Source: Patescibacteria group bacterium (GTDB taxonomy: Bacteria > Patescibacteriota > UBA1384 > JACPKC01). From it: a stretch of 64,000 bases of DNA. The notes under the pieces are model-generated. The model was not told where the DNA came from. It made no database searches and saw only the letters and a program-made list of their open reading frames with translations. The position numbers and the translations under genes were made by a program. Numbering within the stretch: the stretch's first letter is position 1; the number at the start of each line of letters is the position of its first letter. The stretch lies in assembly GCA_050944875.1 (NCBI GenBank), contig JBMNRW010000004.1, positions 1,304 through 65,303 of the forward strand, in the 5' to 3' direction. Below, one piece after another: positions 12,227 to 18,537 of the stretch.

Positions 12227-12513
12227 TAGGACATGCTCCCATACACCATCGCGAACAGGATGAGAAACCCAACTTGCACGATCACGGCTGCCCCTCCTAA
12301 CACGTATCCTACGATAGGCTCTCGGCGAGCATACGTCCAGGTGATGAACGCGTTCGAAACCAAAAAGACGCTCGCGGCAAGCGGCGCCACTAGATCGTAC
12401 GTGACAAGCGACCGTAGCCACCAGACGAGGAGGTTACCGAGAACGGCAACTGCGAAGAGGAAGGTAGTGCTCCGGTCGACCCCGGCTGGCGGGGTGGGTG
12501 GGGTCGTGGTCAT
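12226..12513 (-). CDS. Small 2-TM membrane protein translationally coupled to the GT2 gene
   Basis: 95 aa, Pro/Thr-rich N-terminus then two hydrophobic helices; stop overlaps the GT2 start codon. Confidence 0.45.
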   Translation of the reverse strand: MTTTPPTPPAGVDRSTTFLFAVAVLGNLLVWWLRSLVTYDLVAPLAASVFLVSNAFITWTYARREPIVGYVLGGAAVIVQVGFLILFAMVYGSMS

Positions 12514-12529
12514 ACGGTAGTTGTTGAGC

Positions 12530-12604
12530 TGGAGCCGGTGGGCGGATTTGAACCGCCGACCTTTGCTTTACGAAAGCACTGCTCTACCACTGAGCTACAC
12601 CGGC
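12530..12604 (-). tRNA. tRNA-Thr (anticodon CGT), CCA encoded
   Basis: Manual fold of the reverse complement: acceptor gccggtg/caccggc, D-arm gctcagtggtagagc, anticodon loop ttcgtaa (one G-A mismatch at 27-43), T-arm ggcgg-ttcaaat-ccgcc. Confidence 0.75.
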
Positions 12605-12743
12605 GAGTGAACCAACGAGCGAATACTACTGGAATTCGCGAGAATGTGAACGAGCCTCGTAGCTACGAACGTAGCTACACCGGCACTTTTCCCTGTTACC
12701 TCGGTGGGCAGTGTAGCACGGCGACACACAGATTTCCAGCCTT

Positions 12744-13175
12744 TCACTGCAAGCCGAGATCCACCGGATCACCTACGGCAATACCGTGCTCGCGGACGAA
12801 GCCTGACCGGACTTCGAGTACGGCGTCGACAGCCGACGGAGCAGGGTACTGCTGCGCGCCATCATCAGTCGGCATTTCCCCTTCATACCCGACCACGGTG
12901 CCACCCTGAATCCAAATAAGATCGATCGGGAAGGTCACACCTTTCATCCAGAACGTCGGCCTGGTGGGCGAATCGTATGGGAAGAGCATCCCGTCTGAAG
13001 GCCCGAGCGGCGAGTGTCCCGCAAGGCCACGAACTTGCTCCTCCTCGGAGCGCGCGACCTCCGCCTGCACCGTGACGCGCTCGAACCGAACAGAAACCGT
13101 ACGCTTCGACGCACCGATCTGCCAGAGCACCATACTGATGATTCCAATCAGGAGAACGCCGCCCAGCCAGCGCAC
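12744..13175 (-). CDS. DUF192 (COG1430) family protein with N-terminal membrane anchor
   Basis: MLFPYDSPTRPTFWMKGVTFPIDLIWI matches the DUF192 core; N-terminal hydrophobic helix. Confidence 0.6.
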   Translation of the reverse strand: MRWLGGVLLIGIISMVLWQIGASKRTVSVRFERVTVQAEVARSEEEQVRGLAGHSPLGPSDGMLFPYDSPTRPTFWMKGVTFPIDLIWIQGGTVVGYEGEMPTDDGAQQYPAPSAVDAVLEVRSGFVREHGIAVGDPVDLGLQ

Positions 13176-14476
13176 TACGCTACCTGAAGCAGGCGCTTCG
13201 TCTCTACCTTGTACTTCTCGACTGCAGGCTGGTCGAATGGGTTCACGCCCAAGAGATGGCCGAGGTACATCATCTCGAGCATCTTGAGCTGCAAGAATGC
13301 GCCAATGCTCTCCTCATTCATAGCATCGAGCTCCAGCACCATGAACGGTCGCTCTGCCTTCTCGTACGCGATCATCGTCCCATCAAGAATAGCGTCCATA
13401 ATGGTTGCCATTGGCTTCCCGGCGATATCACCGACAAGCGCCCCAACCTCCGGCCGATTCGGGACCGTGAGCGCCGGCAGCGCCCGGACCCGAACAAACG
13501 TCGTCACCCGGTCGTTCGGCCCATCGAGGTAGAGCTGCACGACCGAGTGGAGGTCGGTCGACCCCATCGAGACGGTCGGCGTCATACCGGCGTGGACCAC
13601 CTCGCCCGCTCGGTTGTGCTCCTTCCCAATCGACTCACCCATGAGCTGACGATACCACTTCCCGACACTCTCAAGGTCCGACGCGAAGAGGAATGTATCG
13701 TGGATCGGTATGCCCGCCTGATTATGCGCGTAGAGCACTACCGCGCTCATCGCCGCCGGGTTCTCATCGAGCGAGGTTGCAAGGCACGCGTCGCGCATCG
13801 CCTTGGCACCCTTCACGAGTGCGCGGACGTCAATACCCGCGACGGCAAGGGGGAAGAGGCCAACCGCCGAGAACACGGAGTACCGCCCGCCGACCGTTTC
13901 GGGCATCCGAAGACACGGGATTCCCTGCTCCTGCCCGTACTGCCAGAGCTTCGAACCCTCGACCGTCGTTAAGACGACCGAATCCTTGGCGCTTCCGCCT
14001 GCCTGCTCCACGGCGTCGAGGAGCGCGAAGAAGTTCGCGGTCGTCTCGATCGTCCCACCCGACTTCGAGATTCCGTTCAAGAGCACGCGCTTCCCGTCCT
14101 TAGCGAACGTCTGCACCTGCTCAATAAGTCGCCCCATTGACAGCGCGTCTACCGTGTCAGCGTAGAACACCTGCGTGCCCGCGGCTTTACCCCCCAGTCG
14201 CCCCTGGATCGCCTCCTGCACTGCCATCGTCCCAAGGTTGGATCCCCCAATACCAATAACGACGAGCGCATCGACGTCCTGGTACCGTTCGGCAAGTGAT
14301 AACACCTCATCGAGGAGTGCCGAATCGTCGACGAGGTTCACGCTCGCCCGATCGTCCGCGTAGCCGCCAGCCTGCACGAGCTCCCGCATTCGAGTAATCT
14401 CGGGCGCTAGCTGCCCTGAAATCTCCGATAGTACGTCAGCTGCCACTCGACCCATCTGGCTCTCGAACCGCACCAT
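13175..14476 (-). CDS. pgi: Glucose-6-phosphate isomerase (short bacterial form)
   Basis: 433 aa; VVIGIGGSNLGTMAV, SKSGGTIETTANF, GGRYSVFSAVGLFP are the PGI signatures. Confidence 0.9.
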   Translation of the reverse strand: MVRFESQMGRVAADVLSEISGQLAPEITRMRELVQAGGYADDRASVNLVDDSALLDEVLSLAERYQDVDALVVIGIGGSNLGTMAVQEAIQGRLGGKAAGTQVFYADTVDALSMGRLIEQVQTFAKDGKRVLLNGISKSGGTIETTANFFALLDAVEQAGGSAKDSVVLTTVEGSKLWQYGQEQGIPCLRMPETVGGRYSVFSAVGLFPLAVAGIDVRALVKGAKAMRDACLATSLDENPAAMSAVVLYAHNQAGIPIHDTFLFASDLESVGKWYRQLMGESIGKEHNRAGEVVHAGMTPTVSMGSTDLHSVVQLYLDGPNDRVTTFVRVRALPALTVPNRPEVGALVGDIAGKPMATIMDAILDGTMIAYEKAERPFMVLELDAMNEESIGAFLQLKMLEMMYLGHLLGVNPFDQPAVEKYKVETKRLLQVA

Positions 14477-14571
14477 TGGACGCTCCTCTTCTTACCGATA
14501 TCCCCGCTATTCTCCGCATTTCCGGAATATCGCGCAACAGGTTCAAATCGTCTATTTATGGTATTAAACAC

Positions 14572-14600
14572 TTGACAAATGCGAAAGTATCTGGTAGAGT
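14572..14600 (+). promoter_or_regulatory. Near-consensus promoter TTGACA-N17-TAGAGT (P2), divergent from pgi, paralogous to P1
   Basis: ttgaca at 14572-14577, tagagt at 14595-14600; AT-rich upstream; downstream leader shares about 70% identity with the P1 leader. Confidence 0.55.
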
Positions 14601-15500
14601 ATCGCGTTGACAACAAGAAATGATGCCAGGTGCGAGCTGCGGCGATCGGTGTTCCCCTCCTCACCGTTCGCCACAAGTCTCACCTGAACGGGTGGGAAGT
14701 ACCAACCGAAACATCACGACGGCCTGTAGAGTAGAGTGTCCAGAAGCGCTCCGAACTGCGGAAACAGCCTCCTGCGCCATACCTATGTATGTAGGTGCGA
14801 CGCGGGGAGAACTGGGTCCACAGCGCTTCTACAGGCCTTTTGTATACGACAAGAAGCGCACCCAGCGAACGTTTCAAACGCGATGTGGCCACGGCAGCAG
14901 GAATTCCCCTGCCCGTCCAAACCCCGAGCACGGGGCGAAGACGTACCAGAGTGTGGCAACTGACGGTGGCTTGAAGGCCGACCCTGGGTCCCATCCGGGG
15001 CGCGATACCATGAACCGTCGGGTATAGCTGAACTGACATGAGCAAGCCGGTGCTACGGCGTTCGAGCTCATGTCCATTCACGCTGCACAGTCCGTTGCCG
15101 AGCCGGGGCCTTGTGCCTTACTCGGCGGCGGGTCGCATGCGGTGTCGAGATCCCCAAACATTTCGAGAAGGGTTCCAGCGCCACGACACCGTCTGCGATC
15201 CGCTCCACGCGGAAACCCGCTGAATTCCAGCGGTGTGGTCTACTCCGGAGGGGTAGCGCGACGCTTACAACATGCGTCAGCCTACGTTCCTTTCCCGAGC
15301 GTAGGCCACGCCGCTGCCAATGCAGCACATCACGATGACGCCGGTGGCAACGCCGTCTCCGCTCGGATAGAGCCGTCATCCCCCTCTGTAGCGTCGGGGA
15401 AGCTTGCCTGTAGTGGCAGCGCCGGGTCCACGCCCGCAACAGACGCACACAAATCAGTTGGCTTCTCGTGGAAAGAAGCTGACGAAGAAGGGAGGCGTCT
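14601..15500 (+). ncRNA. Candidate long non-coding transcript or decayed gene downstream of P2 (about 900 nt GC-rich, no credible ORF on either strand)
   Basis: Only overlapping junk-like ORFs on both strands (Arg/Ser/Pro-rich), typical of non-coding high-GC DNA; 5' region paralogous to the P1 transcript. Confidence 0.3.
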
Positions 15501-15503
15501 ACC

Positions 15504-15677
15504 ATGAGCGACCTCCTGAAATGGATATTGGCCGTGGGCGCGATCGGCCTCTTTTGTTGGGGTTACGTAGATGGGCTCGACCGTGATGAGCACGTCTACG
15601 TTGCGCCGGACCCGGCAGTCCGGCAGCAGAATATCGAAGCGCAGGGGGGGTTTCACTCCCAACGATACTGGGAGTGA
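15504..15677 (+). CDS. Small membrane protein (57 aa, MSDLLKWILAVGAIGLFCWGYVDGLDRDEHVYVAPDPAVRQQNIEAQGGFHSQRYWE), below the ORF-track cutoff
   Basis: Strong SD GAAGGGAGG 8 nt upstream of ATG; one TM helix; the 3' end overlaps a perfect 15-bp hairpin. Confidence 0.4.
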   Translation: MSDLLKWILAVGAIGLFCWGYVDGLDRDEHVYVAPDPAVRQQNIEAQGGFHSQRYWE

Positions 15678-15683
15678 AACCCC
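15647..15683 (+). other. Perfect 15-bp stem-loop (ggggtttcactccca / acgatac / tgggagtgaaacccc)
   Basis: Read directly; no U-tract follows, so not a canonical intrinsic terminator. Confidence 0.6.
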
Positions 15684-15698
15684 TAGGAGTTGCAGATA

Positions 15699-15815
15699 CT
15701 CCGTAAAAAACGCTGCCGGTTGAAGCTCTCCGTAAAAGCTTCGATCCTACGGCATGGAGGTAAAAATGCCGAATACAAAATAGCCCTGGACCCGGGGCGC
15801 TATAAAATGGGCATC
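15699..15815 (+). repeat. Direct repeats ctccgtaaaa (15699 and 15728, 29-bp spacing) plus phased A-tracts (ggtaaaaatgcc, atacaaaatagcc, ctataaaatgggc), iteron-like
   Basis: Read directly; AT-rich pocket in GC-rich surroundings. Confidence 0.4.
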
Positions 15816-16093
15816 GACCGCCGGGGTTGTCGGCGCGGTGGCCAAACGGCCGCAAGAAGATCGACGGAGCAACGGAGGGTCCGCCGGTAGTCAAGTGCAC
15901 AAGTACTTAGACTGCCCGCCGACCTGTCAATCCGTCGACGCCGCGTCACACCCGGCCTAAAAATCGATCCCGAAGTGGAATTCCTGTCGCTGACCGTGAG
16001 CATCACGCAGCATCAAATACAGGCTTCCGCTTCGGGATCTCCCCTTGCTCTTTGAGTTAACCTCAAAGGTTGAGGAGGAGAGCGAACCTTCTT

Positions 16094-16156
16094 ATGAATT
16101 ACCGCGCAGCACTCGTTGACTCGAGTTTTGCCGGTAATTTAGTAACAAGGAGGTGA
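16094..16156 (+). CDS. Micro-ORF 20 aa (MNYRAALVDSSFAGNLVTRR) with strong SD; its stop overlaps the SD of the next micro-ORF
   Basis: GAGGAGGAG 11 nt upstream of ATG. Confidence 0.2.
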   Translation: MNYRAALVDSSFAGNLVTRR

Positions 16157-16160
16157 AAAA

Positions 16161-16244
16161 ATGAGTAAAGAAGAAAAGCTCCTTCGGGAGCTTCAGACCA
16201 GGATTACCAAAAACGGCAGCCTACAGGTCCGCCTGCTGGGCTAA
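16161..16244 (+). CDS. Micro-ORF 27 aa (MSKEEKLLRELQTRITKNGSLQVRLLG) with consensus SD AAGGAGGTG
   Basis: AAGGAGGTGaaaaaATG; followed by a two-level hairpin (gcccgac...gtcgggc). Confidence 0.3.
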   Translation: MSKEEKLLRELQTRITKNGSLQVRLLG

Positions 16245-16403
16245 CCGTCCTCGCCCGACCTCTGCGCCACAAGCGCACGTCGGGCACTCCCTTCGCTTTT
16301 CGACGAGTCGAAAGACGAAATGGAGAGCGACACCTTCATCTTCCCGGTAGGACCTGAGTCGTTGAGTGATCAGCGCCTCAGGCCCTACATGGGAGGAAGG
16401 GAG

Positions 16404-16972
16404 GTGATAATCATCAGCAGCCTGAAGCTGCTCGGAGCGGTGCTCCTCACTCTGGTCGTCCTCGTGGCGGCTGGGTGTGGCGATCCCAACACCACCTTCA
16501 CGACCCCTGCGGGTGTGTTGGTGATGGAGAGCTACCGGCGGGCCGAGATCACCATCTCGACCGCACGGTGGAGCGCCGACTCCAGCGTGCAGATGGAGCT
16601 GCACAACTGGATGGTCATCCTGCACCCGCTCCAGGCGGACAAGGAAGGCTCGCGGTCTACGAGGCCGTGGTCACGCTCGGCCTGGAGCTGTGCCCCCACC
16701 TGCGCTTCACCTTAGAGGCGCCAGAGTGGGTACAGTTCTTGCCCTTACCGGTCGAGGTGGTCCGCTACCTCGACCACGACGCCATGGCCGAGGCGCTCAA
16801 CGAGCTCCTGGACTCGGAGTACTCGTTCGAGTGCATTTCGCCCGCGTGCGAGAGCATCGACCGCTGGGTCGATGCGAACGACGACGACACGCTCGTCGCC
16901 GTCCTCAAGCGGGCGAAGCAGATCGCTCGCGACTGCGAGGTGCTCGAGCACCTCGACGACCTCTTGAAGTAG
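16404..16972 (+). pseudogene. Lipoprotein gene with an apparent -1 frameshift near 16645-16655 (GTG start, signal IIISSLKLLGAVLLTLVVLVAAG-C); frame 3 then frame 2
   Basis: Frame-3 ORF 16320..16715 carries the lipobox signal and a credible N-terminal half; frame-2 ORF 16475..16972 carries a credible C-terminal half (...AVYEAVVTLGLELCPHLRF...DDLLK); a one-base insertion at ggc|tcg would fuse them; SD GGGAGGAAGGGAG before the GTG. Confidence 0.45.
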
Positions 16973-17052
16973 AGGTCGATTCCGCCTGGTCGCACGGCTC
17001 CCATCACGGTTGAGCCGCCCAGGCCACCCGGATCCTAAACAGATCCGGGCCT

Positions 17053-17092
17053 CTCTTCTCCGCTGGGATTTCCCAAATCAAGCGGAGAAGAG
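17053..17092 (+). promoter_or_regulatory. 11-bp hairpin (ctcttctccgc / gcggagaagag) whose 3' arm runs into the SD of the 17106 ORF
   Basis: Read directly; SD GGAGG at 17092-17096, ATG at 17106. Confidence 0.4.
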
Positions 17093-17105
17093 GAGGTGAA
17101 TCAAA

Positions 17106-17387
17106 ATGAAGGTGGAAGTCGACCGTGAGGTCCTTATCACCGGCCCCTTTGCGAACCGGTTCCTAGTTCGCAAGGAGAAAGATGACTTCGGCCGTGAGAA
17201 AGGCCGCGACCTGTCCGGCGCCGACCTGGTCGGCAAGATGGGCAAGGTCGTCGGCCTCAACTCGGCGAGCGCTACCATTGCGCTCGCCAAGGCCCTGAAG
17301 GGCGAGGAGTACGCGCCGTTCGCCTACGTAAAGGTGGATGGCGAGAAACTCGCCCTTCGTTTCTCGGAGTTCAGCGTGGTCCGCTAG
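17106..17387 (+). CDS. Hypothetical protein, 93 aa
   Basis: Strong SD GAGGAGGTG; MKVEVDREVLITGPFANRFLVRKEKDDFGREKGRDLSGADLVGKMGKVVGL...; no recognisable domain. Confidence 0.45.
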   Translation: MKVEVDREVLITGPFANRFLVRKEKDDFGREKGRDLSGADLVGKMGKVVGLNSASATIALAKALKGEEYAPFAYVKVDGEKLALRFSEFSVVR

Positions 17388-17490
17388 GAACAGGCTTAAC
17401 TTCCCATCACCCCGAGCAGCACTGCTGTTCGGGGCTTCCTCGCTGGGTTTGATCATATCGATCAAAATCTAACCCGGCGATGGAGGCAGT

Positions 17491-17721
17491 ATGAAGCTGT
17501 TCCGTCAAACGCTGGGGATCGCGCTGGAATACGCGCATCCCGGCAACGTCGCCCCCCCCCGCGAGATCGTGGGCCTGTTGGCCCTCGCGTCCGAGTTGGA
17601 CCGTGGAGCCTTATCCGAGGCGGCCCAACAGGGACTGGAGCATCTGGCACTCGTCCTCATGCAGGACGAGCAGTTCCAGCGGTTCCACCGCCACCACGTC
17701 GAGCGGATGCGGACGCCGTAG
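17491..17721 (+). CDS. Hypothetical protein, 76 aa
   Basis: SD GGAGG before ATG; palindromes (tttgatcatatcgatcaaa, ccccgagcagcactgctgttcgggg) in its upstream region. Confidence 0.4.
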   Translation: MKLFRQTLGIALEYAHPGNVAPPREIVGLLALASELDRGALSEAAQQGLEHLALVLMQDEQFQRFHRHHVERMRTP

Positions 17722-17957
17722 TCCGGTATCCGCTCGATCAACACCAACCGCCCCGGTTCGCGCCGGGGCACTCTCTCTGGCACTGATACATATCAGTGCT
17801 GAAGCTGAGTGTTAGATGAAGAACGCAACGTACACACTGGCCCGCTTCGGGTTGGGATGTGACGGCTAGTAGATTGATCGCATCAGCCGATTCGAGCAAT
17901 CCGCTTATCTGCCGTAGATCCCCTTCTGGACCCGGAGCGGACCAGTGCGTACAACCA

Positions 17958-17990
17958 AAGAGCCCTGCCAATTCGGCAGGGCTCTTTTTG
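17958..17990. terminator. Rho-independent terminator (12-bp stem aagagccctgcc / ggcagggctctt, T4)
   Basis: Hairpin plus ttttgtatt; sits between convergent small genes. Confidence 0.7.
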
Positions 17991-18004
17991 TATTGCCAAT
18001 GTTC

Positions 18005-18232
18005 CTATGCACGCGTCGCGAGATGCTCTTCGATCCGCGTCACCCGCTCATCGAGGCGCATAACGTCCTTGGCGATCGCGTGGACGTCTTCGGTCTCCAT
18101 TTCAATGAGACGGTCGATCTTCGCTTCGAGTGGCTGCAACCTATCCCTCACCATTGCCGAGGTATACGACCGTTCCTCTAGGAACAACTCTTTCAGTTGA
18201 TGAAGTTGCGTGGTCGTGAAGCCATCGTTCAT
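18005..18232 (-). CDS. Hypothetical coiled-coil protein, 75 aa
   Basis: MNDGFTTTQLHQLKELFLEERSYTSAMVRDRLQPLEAKIDRLIEMETEDVHAIAKDVMRLDERVTRIEEHLATRA; heptad-like pattern. Confidence 0.4.
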   Translation of the reverse strand: MNDGFTTTQLHQLKELFLEERSYTSAMVRDRLQPLEAKIDRLIEMETEDVHAIAKDVMRLDERVTRIEEHLATRA

Positions 18233-18303
18233 ACCTGCATCCTACCACAAACAACCGCCGCCCAACCTCGAAAGGCTGAGCGGCGGTTGGAGCAGTTTTC
18301 AAT

Positions 18304-18320
18304 TGGAGCGGGTAGCGAGA
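18304..18320 (-). other. tRNA-Gly-like 3' fragment (…ctcgctacccgctcca: acceptor 3' strand, discriminator and CCA) without the rest of a tRNA
   Basis: Complementary to the acceptor 5' strand of the fragment at 18467-18503 but separated from it by the complete tRNA-Gly. Confidence 0.35.
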
Positions 18321-18369
18321 ATACTTCGTGTCCCACGCCTTCGGCGCGTGATCGAACTCGTGCGGATCT

Positions 18370-18443
18370 TGGAGCGGGATACGAGAATCGAACTCGCGTC
18401 TCTTGCTTGGGAAGCAAGCGTACTGCCATTGTACTAATCCCGC
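18370..18443 (-). tRNA. tRNA-Gly (anticodon CCC), CCA encoded
   Basis: Manual fold: acceptor gcgggat/atcccgc, D-arm gtac-aatggca-gtac, anticodon arm cttgc-ttcccaa-gcaag, T-arm gcgag-ttcgatt-ctcgt; closely parallels E. coli tRNA-Gly architecture. Confidence 0.8.
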
Positions 18444-18466
18444 TCCCAGCTCCGCATTATTCATTA

Positions 18467-18503
18467 CTGGGAAGGTCGCGTTCTACCACTAAACTATACC
18501 CGC
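18467..18503 (-). other. tRNA-Gly-like 5' half (gcgggta-ta-gttt-agtggta-gaac-g-cgacc-ttcccag) lacking a 3' half
   Basis: Acceptor 5' strand, D-arm, anticodon 5' stem and loop with CCC, then unrelated AT-rich sequence. Confidence 0.4.
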
Positions 18504-18537
18504 AACGGGCATATTCTCGCACGAGCTCAGGGAGAAA

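Noticed and set aside
12226-12233. Chance that the GT2 gene starts at the upstream ATG (12421) giving 580 aa
   Set aside because: That N-terminal extension is Arg/Cys-rich junk and would overlap the 95-aa membrane ORF. The internal Met at 12226 gives the TAATG coupling typical of operons.
14620-15027. 135-aa ORF starting at ATG 19 nt after the P2 -10 (MMPGASCGDRCSPPH...)
   Set aside because: Low-complexity, Arg/Pro/Ser/Gly-rich composition typical of random frames in high-GC DNA. Equally long overlapping ORFs exist on the opposite strand. The nucleotide-level paralogy with P1 is not preserved in frame. Treated as non-coding.
14601-15500. RNase P RNA, tmRNA, SRP RNA or 6S RNA in the ORF-free stretch after P2
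   Set aside because: Conserved cores are not present: no GGAAAGUCCGGGC / ACAGAAACCCGGCUUA for RNase P, no tRNA-like acceptor/T-arm ends with a tag reading frame for tmRNA, no GGUCCGGAAGGAAGCAGC for SRP. Left as an unassigned candidate ncRNA.
18370-18503. Possibility that the tRNA-Gly halves flank an intron containing a second tRNA
   Set aside because: The insert (about 150 nt) is far too short for a group I intron and contains a complete independently folding tRNA-Gly. A rearrangement or integration scar is more parsimonious, and it is kept as a finding rather than an intron call.
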